Counted from the first letter of the stretch, positions 21,584-31,823 are shown. The stretch is DNA of 64,000 nt from Promethearchaeota archaeon (GCA_030599585.1 JAUVNS010000006.1:128001-192000); one strand, 5' to 3'. Notes: generated by a model from the sequence alone, not told the origin. Numbers and translations: made by a program.

Positions 21584-21760
21584 TTAGATAGTGAAATCGT
21601 CAAACTTAGGAGGCATTTCGTTAGGGTTTTTAAAAATAAATCTACACATAGGGCATGTTAATCTCTTTTTCTTCGCCCCAATATCAGGTTTTTTGAAGGA
21701 ATAGCCGCACGCGGGGCATATTATAATAAAGTTGGAGTCTATATTCATCACTATCTTCAT
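21584..21760 (-). CDS. Small zinc-ribbon (CPxCG) protein, 58 aa, not in the ORF track
   Basis: MKIVMNIDSNFIIICPACGYSFKKPDIGAKKKRLTCPMCRFIFKNPNEMPPKFDDFTI. Confidence 0.75.
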   Translation of the reverse strand: MKIVMNIDSNFIIICPACGYSFKKPDIGAKKKRLTCPMCRFIFKNPNEMPPKFDDFTI

Positions 21761-21801
21761 ATTTATTATAGTATAAAACTATTATTGTTCTACAATACAC
21801 A

Positions 21802-23229
21802 TTAAACATTGAACTCAACTAGGATCAATATAATGTCATTTACATTTATACCGGTAGGACCTGTGATAATCTCTCCATTTATTAAGTTAAAAAAGGCATT
21901 AGAGTTATTGCTGCTTAGATAATTCTCAATGCTAACATTATTCTTAGCAGTTTCCATTAATAAACTATTATCAACGATTGCACCTATAGCCTTACTATTT
22001 CCTTCAATCCCATCGAGATTGCATCCTAATACAAAGAACTTATAATCAATTTTTTCGTTTTTTATAGTATTGAGGAAATTTAAAAGCATTTCTTGGTTCC
22101 TTCCACCAATTCCTTTCCCTCGTAATGTTACAGTAAGTTCTCCAGTTCCGATCATTGCTATCCTGGATTTTTCAGGCTCTTTCGGGCATTTCTTAAGTTT
22201 TTCTGTTATCAAATAGAAAAGATGTTTTCCAAAATCTGCTGCTTCTCCCGAAATTTCGTCTGAAAAATAATCAATCTCAAATTTGTGCTTCCTTAGATAA
22301 TTAGATACCTTTTCCACGCTTATTTCGATGCTTCCTATTAGATATGTATGAGTGTTTTCGAAGACAGGATCGTTCCTTGATGGGTTTTCTAAGCGTGGAT
22401 TTTTTACGCCTTCCATTATAACCTTTTTAATAGACATAGGAATCCTATCAAGCAAATTATATTTCAATAAAACCTTATACGCGTCGTTGAAGGATGTTAA
22501 GTCAGGCACGGTAGGACCTGACGCAATTGAATCTAATTTATTCCCTACAACATCAGAAATCATAAGTGTTAGTGTAGTTGCCTTACTACTTTCATAGATT
22601 TTTTTTGCGAGGTTGCCTCCCTTAAAGTCAGAGATATGTTTTCGAATGGTGTTAATTTCGTGAATTGACGCGCCCGAGGCTAATAAAAACGAGTTAGTTT
22701 TTTGAATGTCTGTGAGATTTATATTTTTTTTGGGTAGTGGGAGTAAGGCAGAGCCACCTCCGGAAAATAAGCAAATAATTAAGTCTTTTTTATTTGTCCC
22801 TTCAACAAGTTCTAACATCTTATTAACACCGTTTAACCCGGCTTCATTTGGTATAGGATGAGATGCCAAATTCATTTTTATATTCTTTGTTGAGTTAAGA
22901 AATTTAAATTCTTGATCCTCAGGGATGTTTAAAAATCCCTCATATTCAATATTGGAGGATGTTTTTAGTAATTCATCTAATGCAATAGCCATTTGAGCGG
23001 TTGCCTTTCCACCCCCAATGATTAAAATTCTCTCAAATTTCTTAAGGTCGTATTTATCATCTTTGATCACGAGGATTTCATCGGAAATCGTTATAGCATT
23101 TCTAATTAATTTTCTAGGCTCGACTGAACTGATTGCAATTTCTAATGACTTCAGCCCTATTTTTCTTAACTCTAAGGAATTTCTATTTAGGTTCTCTGAA
23201 ATTAATTGCGAATAATTTTGTATATACAT
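21802..23229 (-). CDS. gckA: Glycerate 2-kinase (GckA/MOFRL family)
   Basis: GGGKA, SHPIP, SGGGSAL, IASGPT, GGRNQE, TGPTGINVND. Confidence 0.92.
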   Translation of the reverse strand: MYIQNYSQLISENLNRNSLELRKIGLKSLEIAISSVEPRKLIRNAITISDEILVIKDDKYDLKKFERILIIGGGKATAQMAIALDELLKTSSNIEYEGFLNIPEDQEFKFLNSTKNIKMNLASHPIPNEAGLNGVNKMLELVEGTNKKDLIICLFSGGGSALLPLPKKNINLTDIQKTNSFLLASGASIHEINTIRKHISDFKGGNLAKKIYESSKATTLTLMISDVVGNKLDSIASGPTVPDLTSFNDAYKVLLKYNLLDRIPMSIKKVIMEGVKNPRLENPSRNDPVFENTHTYLIGSIEISVEKVSNYLRKHKFEIDYFSDEISGEAADFGKHLFYLITEKLKKCPKEPEKSRIAMIGTGELTVTLRGKGIGGRNQEMLLNFLNTIKNEKIDYKFFVLGCNLDGIEGNSKAIGAIVDNSLLMETAKNNVSIENYLSSNNSNAFFNLINGEIITGPTGINVNDIILILVEFNV

Positions 23230-23363
23230 TTACATCAACAATCTTCAAGAAAAAAATTAATTATACTTCTCGAGATATTTAATTAAATTAAAATTAATAT
23301 TGTATGTATACTCTATCTCAGTAAGATAAGTATTTATATTACAATTAAAGATACCGAAAGAAA

Positions 23364-24854
23364 ATGACAGACTCAGAAGTGTATGATATTGCAGTAATTG
23401 GTTCTGGACCAGGAGGATACCATTCTGCTATTAGAGCAGCTCAATTTGGTGCTAAAGTTGCCTTGATTGAGAAAAATAAGTTAGGAGGTACGTGCTTAAA
23501 TTTAGGTTGCATACCAGCAAAAGCGCTCTACGCATCTGCAGAGTTTATCCAAAAACTTAGAGAAAATGGAGAGGATCACGGAATTCTAGGTGATTTTAAG
23601 TTAGATTTCAGTAAAGCCGTTGATCGTAAAAATCGGGTTGTTAAAGAATTAACGGATGGAATTGCGACATTAGAAAAAGCATGGAAAAACGATGTTTATA
23701 TGGGACATGGTAAGATTTTAAATGGAAACGCAAACAAAGGATTTGAAATCTCGATTGAAGGGGACGATAATAAAAAAATTAAAGCTAAAAGGGTAATAAT
23801 TGCTACAGGTTCAACTCCAGTGTTAATTCCTGTGTTTAATATTGACCACGATAGAATATTAACTACTGACGATGTCTTACACCCTAATTTTAAAACTTTG
23901 CCAAAAAAATTGCTAATTATTGGAGCTGGAGTAGCGGGGGTTGAGTTTGCTAATATATTTGCTAGTTTTGGAAGTAAAGTTACAATGCTGGAATACCTTC
24001 CCTCTCCAATTGCAACTGAAGAGCCTATGGTAGTGAAAGAAATACAAAAGAAGTTTACTAATCTTGGTATTGAAATACTTGTATCACAAAATGTATTATC
24101 CATCGTAAACACAGGATCAGGCGTGAAAGCAACAATAATTTCAGCTGATGTTCCAAAAGAGCAGATTGAAATGGCTGAAAAATCCCATGTTGAAGCGGAT
24201 TACTGTCTGGTTACAATTGGCCGAGCAAAAGAATCTAGAAATTTAGGATTAGAGGATTTAAAAATAGAAGCCCCACGCGGAGCAATTCAAGTAGATTCTA
24301 AGTCGTTAGAAACTTCTGTAAAAGGAATATTTGCAATCGGTGATGTTACAGGTGGATTAATGCTTGCTCATGTTGCTAGGCATGAAGGTGATGTTGCTGT
24401 GGCAAATGCGTTAGCAAGCCTAGACGGATTCCAAGTTAAAGAAAAAGTTACTAATTATCGAATAATTCCTGCGACTATTTTCACGAGCCCAAACATAGGA
24501 TCAGTAGGACTAAGGAGAAAAAATGCAAAAAATGCGGGATATGATTTACTTATGGGAAGATTCCCATATGAGTCGTTAGGTAAGGCGAAGTGCATAGGAG
24601 AAGAGGATGGATTCATACTAATTATCGCTGATAAAAAAACTAACAAAATACTCGGTGCCTCGTGTATTGGTGCTGAAGCGCCTGAATTAATATCAGAGAT
24701 TTCTTTAGCCATGCAGCATGGATTAACTGTTCATGATGTTTCTACTACAATACATAGCCATCCAACAATTTCTGAAATGGTTTTAGAAGGGATGGAAGAT
24801 GTATATGGCATGGCTATTCATAAAAAAGGAAGACCTATACATCCAAACGATTAA
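23364..24854 (+). CDS. lpdA: Dihydrolipoamide dehydrogenase
   Basis: GSGPGG, GGTCLNLGCIP redox disulfide, HSHPTISE. Confidence 0.95.
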   Translation: MTDSEVYDIAVIGSGPGGYHSAIRAAQFGAKVALIEKNKLGGTCLNLGCIPAKALYASAEFIQKLRENGEDHGILGDFKLDFSKAVDRKNRVVKELTDGIATLEKAWKNDVYMGHGKILNGNANKGFEISIEGDDNKKIKAKRVIIATGSTPVLIPVFNIDHDRILTTDDVLHPNFKTLPKKLLIIGAGVAGVEFANIFASFGSKVTMLEYLPSPIATEEPMVVKEIQKKFTNLGIEILVSQNVLSIVNTGSGVKATIISADVPKEQIEMAEKSHVEADYCLVTIGRAKESRNLGLEDLKIEAPRGAIQVDSKSLETSVKGIFAIGDVTGGLMLAHVARHEGDVAVANALASLDGFQVKEKVTNYRIIPATIFTSPNIGSVGLRRKNAKNAGYDLLMGRFPYESLGKAKCIGEEDGFILIIADKKTNKILGASCIGAEAPELISEISLAMQHGLTVHDVSTTIHSHPTISEMVLEGMEDVYGMAIHKKGRPIHPND

Positions 24855-24874
24855 TTTATTCAAACTCCAACTTG

Positions 24875-26959
24875 TTATCGTTTTACAAGCTTAACCTGAA
24901 AAGAAGTTAATTTTCCTTCCTCGATTATGATCTCTCGATAAGCCCCGGTTAAACCAGGTCTGAAGTAGCTCCCTAATCCTAAAGCGGGAGTTTGAACGAC
25001 ATACGGTGCGTTGGTTTCAATTTCGTTTTGATTTTGTAGTCTATCAGAATAATAATCGTAGTAAACAGCTGCGGGATTATCTAATTTTTTTAGTTTAACT
25101 GGAATGGTTGTCATAGGATTAATAGATTTCTGTTGAGGATTACTCAACCTAAACTCTCTTAATTGATGAGTATGCCCTGAAAGAGTAAGGACACAATAAT
25201 CGAGGCAAAATTTAATCATTTTTGACCAATTGGAAGAGATTGTTCCAAATTTTAAGTCAAACTTATCATTAATTCGAATTGCAGAAGGACGCTTCCCCAA
25301 TTTTTCCATAATAGATTCTTTAAATTCTTCGAGAGAAGGCAATTTATCTTTTGAGGGTCGTGAAAGAGAAAATCGTTTACTCATGGTTTTTTTAGGATTA
25401 ATTGGAGGCCCATGAACCATAAGAAATGTATTGTACCCCGGTTTAATGGTTTTATTTATTAAGTCCTCTAAATATCTTATTTGTTTGTTGGTAACTCCAG
25501 TTACGGAGGGGTGTCCACTAACAAAGTCTATAATGTTTTTAAAAGAATCGGAACCAGAGTTTAGAAAAACGAAAATATTCTCTCCAAGTTTGAGAGAAAA
25601 ATCTAATGACGAATTGATTTCTATTAAATAGGCTTTTAAAGCCCTGAAATTTTTCGTAATAGAGCTAATGGGATTTGCCATTAACTCGTCGTTCAAAGCT
25701 ATCGCTTCGTTAGCATTCAATCCTATTTTTTTGTACAAATTACCCCAACGAAGATCATAATGATATGGACGAAAATCATGGTTTCCTGGGATCGTAAAAA
25801 TGGGACAGAGTATTTCTTCTCCAGAAACCATCCCCCTTCTCATCTTTTGAGGATGGTTTAACAAGATTTCTTTAAAAATCCGCCAATTACTAAATTCGTA
25901 ATTAAAGTCTAAAGTCTTCCGTTTCTCTTTATTAATTTTTGAAAGAATAGAAAAATCGATGATATCTCCCGTTAACACTACAAAATCTAATTCGTTGTGA
26001 TTCACGCTCTGATTTGCGAGCTTGATAAAGTTTCTAAAATTATTATTGGGATTAATATACCGTTTATGTAGCGGTTTGGTTGTCTCAACTTTTCCCTCTG
26101 TTCTTTTCATTAACAACCTCTGAAAATAAGAGACTGCTTTAACACTTTGAGCAACGATTTCGCCAACTTCTGATTTTCTAATTGACTTTTGCCATTTTTT
26201 AACAATCTCATAGATTCTATCGTTTCTCTCTGCTAAATGTAAATCTGTAGCATGTAAAAATTTGAAATTGGTCCACTTATTTTTAGAAATTACAATCGAG
26301 TGATAGTTAATCCGATCACCTTTATTCAGATTTTGCTGGAGAATATCAAACATTACGAAGTTAAAACTGTTTAAAAATTCTATAACCTCATCTGTCAGCC
26401 TAAAGGAAATTGTAGCTGAGTAGAATTTATTTAAGCTCCCAAAAATCTCATGTTTGATTAAATAATTTTGAGGACTAAGATAATCGTCATAATCGGGATT
26501 ATCGATCTCACACTCATATACATTTTGAACATTTAAAACTGTACAGTCTATTATATCCCCCCGAAAAGCCCGTGGTTTTAACTTTTCTAACTTTTCCCTT
26601 TGGACAATATCAAACGTAGCACCATTTGAGTCAGTGAATTCCTTGATTGCTTGCGTCTCCTGTCTGCTTTTCTTACTTCTGACAAAAAACCTTTTTAATT
26701 TAGCCCATATCCCCTTTTTTTTTGTTTTTTCAAGTAATTTCGTTAATTTCCACTTGTATTCGAGAATTGGAACGAGTTTAAGGTTCTTTCTTAAAAAACC
26801 CTCAAAATTAGTTAAATTCGGAATATTACTCGCAAATAAAAGTTTGACTTCGAATTCTTTCTGCCTTAATTTACTATCTATACTAATATATAGAGGATGA
26901 CCTAAATTGGGGCTGACTACCAATGAATTTCTTCGCTTGAGATATTCTGGTTCAATCAT
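24875..26959 (-). CDS. Calcineurin-like metallophosphoesterase with long N-terminal extension
   Basis: TDLH, TGDIID, PGNHD, VHGP, SGHTH. Confidence 0.85.
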   Translation of the reverse strand: MIEPEYLKRRNSLVVSPNLGHPLYISIDSKLRQKEFEVKLLFASNIPNLTNFEGFLRKNLKLVPILEYKWKLTKLLEKTKKKGIWAKLKRFFVRSKKSRQETQAIKEFTDSNGATFDIVQREKLEKLKPRAFRGDIIDCTVLNVQNVYECEIDNPDYDDYLSPQNYLIKHEIFGSLNKFYSATISFRLTDEVIEFLNSFNFVMFDILQQNLNKGDRINYHSIVISKNKWTNFKFLHATDLHLAERNDRIYEIVKKWQKSIRKSEVGEIVAQSVKAVSYFQRLLMKRTEGKVETTKPLHKRYINPNNNFRNFIKLANQSVNHNELDFVVLTGDIIDFSILSKINKEKRKTLDFNYEFSNWRIFKEILLNHPQKMRRGMVSGEEILCPIFTIPGNHDFRPYHYDLRWGNLYKKIGLNANEAIALNDELMANPISSITKNFRALKAYLIEINSSLDFSLKLGENIFVFLNSGSDSFKNIIDFVSGHPSVTGVTNKQIRYLEDLINKTIKPGYNTFLMVHGPPINPKKTMSKRFSLSRPSKDKLPSLEEFKESIMEKLGKRPSAIRINDKFDLKFGTISSNWSKMIKFCLDYCVLTLSGHTHQLREFRLSNPQQKSINPMTTIPVKLKKLDNPAAVYYDYYSDRLQNQNEIETNAPYVVQTPALGLGSYFRPGLTGAYREIIIEEGKLTSFQVKLVKR

Positions 26960-27143
26960 GTATTAGATCTCTTTTTAAATAACTAAATCAATCAAAATTA
27001 ATATTAGGTGTCTCACTTATTGAAAAAGACTTTAACTTTTATATGTTTTTTACCTAATCTAAATGAAAGTAACGATCATTTAAGATTTTTAATTTCAATC
27101 CGAAAACCCAATGGAACAAAGACTAGAAACTTTTTAAACTAAC

Positions 27144-27419
27144 TTACTTAGCAAGATTTAAAAAGATGACATTGTCTCCACGTAGCACGATATTGCCAAG
27201 AGATTCATGTTCTTCTTTAATATTTCCATCTTCATCTTGATATTCAAATAGCTGTGATGCGTCTTCAATGTAAAGATTTAGATGTTCGTCAAACGAGCGT
27301 AAAATTGCTCTGAAGAGACGATTTCTCTTGACTTTTATCAATATGACTTTATCGATCGAATTTTTTAAATAATCTATAGGTCTGGCTGGTCTACCTTGTT
27401 GATAACTTCTCTTGTCCAT
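27144..27419 (-). CDS. Sm-like (LSm/SmAP) RNA-binding protein
   Basis: RPIDYL, Sm1 LRSFDEHLNL, Sm2 IVLRGDNV. Confidence 0.93.
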   Translation of the reverse strand: MDKRSYQQGRPARPIDYLKNSIDKVILIKVKRNRLFRAILRSFDEHLNLYIEDASQLFEYQDEDGNIKEEHESLGNIVLRGDNVIFLNLAK

Positions 27420-27543
27420 GTTAATTAACTCTAAGAAAAAAATATTTCAAAATAATCTATTATAATATGTAAAATTACCGTAGAAAATTAAAACCTTTTG
27501 CTTTATGTTTCCTTTTACGGTTAAAAAGATCACACTATTATCT

Positions 27544-28485
27544 CTACTTTTTTATTTCATAGTTATTTTTAAACGAAAAGTTATGAATGTTTTCTTTTAT
27601 AATCAAATACTTCTCTTCAACTAAATTTATTGAAGATGTATCCATTTCAAAGATTTCTTCATAAAACTGTTCAAAATTTACTGAATGAACTAAGGAATGA
27701 CAATTTTTGCACAAACATATACAATCTTCATTCTTCAAAATTGTAATTATATTATTTATAGGATGCTTAGATAATTTTTCCCATTTAAATTCCTTTTTCT
27801 CCGGATTTCGATGATGAAACTCTAAAGCTGGTAAGTTTTCTTTAGTTTTAATATTTCCACAACCAATACAAACACCATCATATAACATTTCAATAACTAA
27901 TCTCTTTTTGATCCATTTCTTAATTCTGTATTTAATTCTTGCTCTATGTTGAGCTCCTTTACGGCAATCGAATTTATATTTAATATTACTTTTGATTTCG
28001 TAATAAATTAAGTAATCAATTTCTCCAATATTATTAATTGACAATTTTTCTGAAAGTATAATCTCCTTAAATTTATCATAATTTGTCACTTCTTCACAAG
28101 CATGACAGTTTTTACATAAAACTTGAAGATTCTCATTTTTAATAATCCGAATAATCTCATCTATATTTCTTGCTCTTAAGGTCCTCCATGTATAATTTTT
28201 AGAAGAAGGATTTAGGTGATGAAATTGCATCGCAGGTAAAATTTGAAGACCTTCATGGCAATTGTGGCATTGTTTTTCAAACAGATCGGTAATTACTTTA
28301 ATCTGTTTTTTAAAGTTAGTAATCCCTTTAATAATTTGACGGCATTTTTCACAAACTGAATGTAATCGACCTTGTCTTTTTCTAAAATATTCGTGAGACT
28401 TGATCTTATGGCATCTCCCACATTCTTTTCTTTCTCCGTCATTGAAGAGTTTATTTCTTCTTGGATTCTTAATCTTTATTGACAT
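27544..28485 (-). CDS. Putative HNH-type endonuclease with two tandem HNH/Zn modules
   Basis: Two units of CxxC...(Q/E)FHH.NP..K...LCKNCH plus an N-terminal CxxC..CxxC. Confidence 0.75.
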   Translation of the reverse strand: MSIKIKNPRRNKLFNDGERKECGRCHKIKSHEYFRKRQGRLHSVCEKCRQIIKGITNFKKQIKVITDLFEKQCHNCHEGLQILPAMQFHHLNPSSKNYTWRTLRARNIDEIIRIIKNENLQVLCKNCHACEEVTNYDKFKEIILSEKLSINNIGEIDYLIYYEIKSNIKYKFDCRKGAQHRARIKYRIKKWIKKRLVIEMLYDGVCIGCGNIKTKENLPALEFHHRNPEKKEFKWEKLSKHPINNIITILKNEDCICLCKNCHSLVHSVNFEQFYEEIFEMDTSSINLVEEKYLIIKENIHNFSFKNNYEIKK

Positions 28486-28606
28486 ACTATTAAGACAAAT
28501 AAAAACCAAAATAATAACATAGTCTTAGATGGATTTTTAAAAAATGATTTATTAAGAATCTATAACCACATAAATATAATATGATATTAGAATCATTTAT
28601 AAGCAA

Positions 28607-28729
28607 AGGTCCGTAGCGAAGCATGGATATCGCAGCTGCCTCCTACATACTTTTTATGGGGAAAGCAGAAGGTCGGGGGTTCAATATAATTCGCAGTTCG
28701 CGCTTTTTGAACATATCCCCTCGGACCTG
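28607..28729 (+). tRNA. tRNA-Arg(CCU) with two introns (28646-28663 at 37/38; 28685-28714 at 58/59)
   Basis: Acceptor AGGTCCG/CGGACCT+G, D stem GCGA/TCGC, anticodon CCT at 28642-28644, T stem GGGGG/CCCCT; both insertions fold as bulge-helix-bulge. Confidence 0.9.
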
Positions 28730-28790
28730 TTTTTTTGTATCTCCGCATTTTTTAACCAAATAAATAAGGATTTCGTTTGGTTTGTCTTTC

Positions 28791-28807
28791 GTCTGGTACG
28801 ACCAGAC
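28791..28807. promoter_or_regulatory. Palindromic operator candidate upstream of aor
   Basis: GTCTGGT-ACG-ACCAGAC, just upstream of TATA-like TTTATATA. Confidence 0.55.
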
Positions 28808-28872
28808 ATAATGTAGATTTATATAACCATCTATCACATATATTAAATGCCTAAAAATAGAGGTGAAATATC

Positions 28873-30609
28873 ATGGCAAAAAGAATTTTAAGAGTAAATA
28901 TGACAAAGCTTGAAGCCAAATTTGAGAATTTTCCAGCAGACTTCGTAGCTTTAGGTGGACGAGCTCTTACCTCCACAATTGTAGCGAAAGAAGTAGATCC
29001 GTTATGCCATCCATTAGGAGTAAATAATAAGCTTGTATTCGCTCCAGGGCTGGTTACAGGGACAAAAGCTCCAACATCTGGGCGAATATCTGTTGGTGGG
29101 AAATCTCCATTAACAGGAGGGATTAAAGAGGCAAATGCAGGCACAACTTTTGCTCAAAAATTAGGAAGAATGAGAATCGCCGCAATTGTTATCGAAGGTA
29201 AGCATGAAGGGGATGATTATTATCTTCTGAAAGTTACAAACGATGGCACTGAAATTATAAACGCAAATAAGTGGTCAAATAAAGGACTCTATGGCGTTTA
29301 TAAGGAATTATATAAGGAATTTGGCGATAAAGTAAGTATTAGTGGCGTTGGTATTGCAGCTGAAATAAGGGGAGCCGCTTCTGGAATCTGTTTTAACGAT
29401 CCTGAAGGGTTACCAAGTAGATACGCAGGACGAGGTGGACTTGGTGCTGTTATGGCATCAAAAGGGTTAAAATTCATTGTAGTAGATGACACTGGAGCGC
29501 CAGGAGTAGAAATTTTAAACGAAGAAGCTTTCAATATGGGTGTTAAAAAATTAACGAAAGCTTTAACGAGCCACGACGTAACAAAACCGGGTGGAGCGCT
29601 TAATTCATTTGGCACAGGTGTGTTAGTCAACATTATAAACGAAGCAGGTGGTTTACCACAGCGTAATTTTTCATCTGGTCAAGATGATAGATCTGAAAAA
29701 GTATCTGGAGAGGTAAAGGCTGAGGAAATAAAGAAGCGAGGGGGTGTTCGACCTCATTTCTGTAGTCCAGGATGTGTAATCCAATGTTCTGAAGTATGGA
29801 CAAAACCAGGTGGAAAAGATCCTGTTGGCGTTTTAGAGTACGAAAGCGTATGGGCTTTAGGTCCAAATTGCAGTATTTACGATTTAGATGTTATTGGAGA
29901 ATTAAATAGAGCTTGTAACGATTTAGGTTTAGACACAATTGAAGCTGGAGATTTACTTGGTGTAGCAATGGAGGGGGGTTTACTTGAATTTGGAGACGGA
30001 AAAAGTGCTTTAAAGATGTTAGATGAAATTAAGAATAAAACTCCAACTGGGAGAATTTTGGCTAACGGTACAGCTTTTACAGCACAGGCATTCGGTGTAA
30101 CCCGGGTCCCCGTTGTAAAAGGTCAAGGTTTACCAGCATACGATCCCCGAGCAATAAAAGGAATCGGCGTAACTTACGCTACAACTCCTCAAGGTGCAGA
30201 TCACACAGCAGGTTATGCCATCGCTACGGAAATCATGGGAGTCGGTGGGACAGCAGACCCTAAAGATACGAATAAATCCGATTTATCGCGCAATTTACAA
30301 CTCGCTACTGCAGCAATTGATGCATCGGGATATTGTCTTTTCATCGCTTTTGCGGTATTAGATATTCCTGAAGGATTAGAAGGCGTTGTTGATACACTTA
30401 ATGGTGTATTAGGGACCAGCCTTACTGTCAACGATGTTGCAGGTTATGGCCAACAAATCATAGACACTGAAAGAGCGTTTAATAAAGCCGCAGGCTTTAC
30501 AGAAAAAGACGATAGATTGCCAGAGTTTTTCTTAAAGGAGCCGTTACCACCACACGATGAAGTATTTAACGTAACCGATGAAGATTTAGACAAAGTTTGG
30601 GGCGCATAG
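28873..30609 (+). CDS. aor: Tungsten-containing aldehyde:ferredoxin oxidoreductase
   Basis: KSPLTGGIKEANAG, AGRGGLGAVMASKGLK, CSPGCVIQC, GLDTIE, YDPR. Confidence 0.95.
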   Translation: MAKRILRVNMTKLEAKFENFPADFVALGGRALTSTIVAKEVDPLCHPLGVNNKLVFAPGLVTGTKAPTSGRISVGGKSPLTGGIKEANAGTTFAQKLGRMRIAAIVIEGKHEGDDYYLLKVTNDGTEIINANKWSNKGLYGVYKELYKEFGDKVSISGVGIAAEIRGAASGICFNDPEGLPSRYAGRGGLGAVMASKGLKFIVVDDTGAPGVEILNEEAFNMGVKKLTKALTSHDVTKPGGALNSFGTGVLVNIINEAGGLPQRNFSSGQDDRSEKVSGEVKAEEIKKRGGVRPHFCSPGCVIQCSEVWTKPGGKDPVGVLEYESVWALGPNCSIYDLDVIGELNRACNDLGLDTIEAGDLLGVAMEGGLLEFGDGKSALKMLDEIKNKTPTGRILANGTAFTAQAFGVTRVPVVKGQGLPAYDPRAIKGIGVTYATTPQGADHTAGYAIATEIMGVGGTADPKDTNKSDLSRNLQLATAAIDASGYCLFIAFAVLDIPEGLEGVVDTLNGVLGTSLTVNDVAGYGQQIIDTERAFNKAAGFTEKDDRLPEFFLKEPLPPHDEVFNVTDEDLDKVWGA

Positions 30610-30618
30610 TAGTAAAAT

Positions 30619-30906
30619 ATGACTATCTTAGTGAAAATTTTTGGAGATTTACGGAAAAAAATTGAAGGTTACACCATTTCAGACGCTTTACCATTAAATT
30701 TGCAAATTGATAGCAATGGAATCGATACTATCGCTGATATATTAAATAAATTTGCAATTGAAAAAGAGGAAACTTACCACTTATTTGTGAATGGCACATA
30801 TTCGGGATTTAATAAAAAAGTAAAAAACGGCGATAGAGTTGGCCTATTTCCTAAGAATATGTCTTTATTATATAAATGGTATTTTGAACGGAATGAAGAT
30901 GAGTGA
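30619..30906 (+). CDS. MoaD/ThiS-like beta-grasp protein lacking the C-terminal GG
   Basis: VKIFGDLR...FVNG...GDRVGLFP followed by a non-GG tail. Confidence 0.8.
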   Translation: MTILVKIFGDLRKKIEGYTISDALPLNLQIDSNGIDTIADILNKFAIEKEETYHLFVNGTYSGFNKKVKNGDRVGLFPKNMSLLYKWYFERNEDE

Positions 30907-31144
30907 TAAAAAGAACATCACAGCAACAGTCAAATTTTTCGCTAATTTACGAGACTTTGCTCCAGCGAAGAAAACGATCACATTACCAATAAGAAGTACC
31001 GTAAGTACAATACTAGATATGTTTACTATTTCAAAAGAAACTAAATTGATAATTCTAATTAATGGTTCCCCGCACCAAACGAGAGAGACACTAATTAAGG
31101 ATGGAGATACTGTAGCGATTTTTCCCCCTTTGGCAGGAGGATAA
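30899..31144 (+). CDS. moaD: MoaD/SAMP sulfur-carrier protein
   Basis: VKFFANLR...GDTVAIFPPLAGG; ATG at 30899 overlaps the previous gene end. Confidence 0.9.
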   Translation: MSDKKNITATVKFFANLRDFAPAKKTITLPIRSTVSTILDMFTISKETKLIILINGSPHQTRETLIKDGDTVAIFPPLAGG

Positions 31145-31175
31145 TGTAAATTTAAAAAATTAATTTTTTTTTTTT

Positions 31176-31787
31176 TTATTTAGACTGATTTTCTTTCTTT
31201 AGTTGTACCCAATCTCTTTTAAAAAGCGAAAATCTATGATTATCGTGATATTTTCCATCAATATATATTTCTTCTTTTATAATTGCTTCTTTTTCAAATC
31301 CCAATTTCTCAGCGGCGCGAAGGGATCTTTGATTTGGGCTAAATATTCCTGCCTCAATTTTATGTAAATTTAATTCGGTAAAACCGTATTTAATCACTAG
31401 TGCACAAGCTTCAACAGCTATACCCTTTCCCCAATGTTCGGGCTCCCCGATTAAAGCAAAAAGATTAGCATTTCTACTAACCCAATTGATTTCATCTAAC
31501 CCTACAACACCAATTGGTCGGTTTTCTTGCTTATGATAAATCATAAAATTTGCTTTATCCCGAATACGTCTGTCTGGTGAAGGTTCGAACCTTTTTTTTA
31601 CCTCTTCAAGAGACTGGGGCCACATATTTCGAGAATAATGACGAACTTTTGGATTATTGATCCAACTACAAAATAAATTTGCCCATTTAGAATTTGCCGC
31701 AACTAAATCGATGGTCTTTCCTTCTATAAAAGGAAATACATCATTTTTTTCTTCCTTATCTTCTTTACTTTTTTGTTCTTCTGCCAT
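31176..31787 (-). CDS. RimJ/RimL-family GNAT acetyltransferase
   Basis: WGKGIA, LNLHKI, NQRSLRAAEKLGF. Confidence 0.92.
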   Translation of the reverse strand: MAEEQKSKEDKEEKNDVFPFIEGKTIDLVAANSKWANLFCSWINNPKVRHYSRNMWPQSLEEVKKRFEPSPDRRIRDKANFMIYHKQENRPIGVVGLDEINWVSRNANLFALIGEPEHWGKGIAVEACALVIKYGFTELNLHKIEAGIFSPNQRSLRAAEKLGFEKEAIIKEEIYIDGKYHDNHRFSLFKRDWVQLKKENQSK

Positions 31788-31823
31788 TTTTAATCAATCT
31801 ATATGATATCCTTCACTTTTAAT

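Noticed and set aside
28643-28837. 64-aa minus-strand ORF
   Set aside because: Antisense to the tRNA-Arg gene
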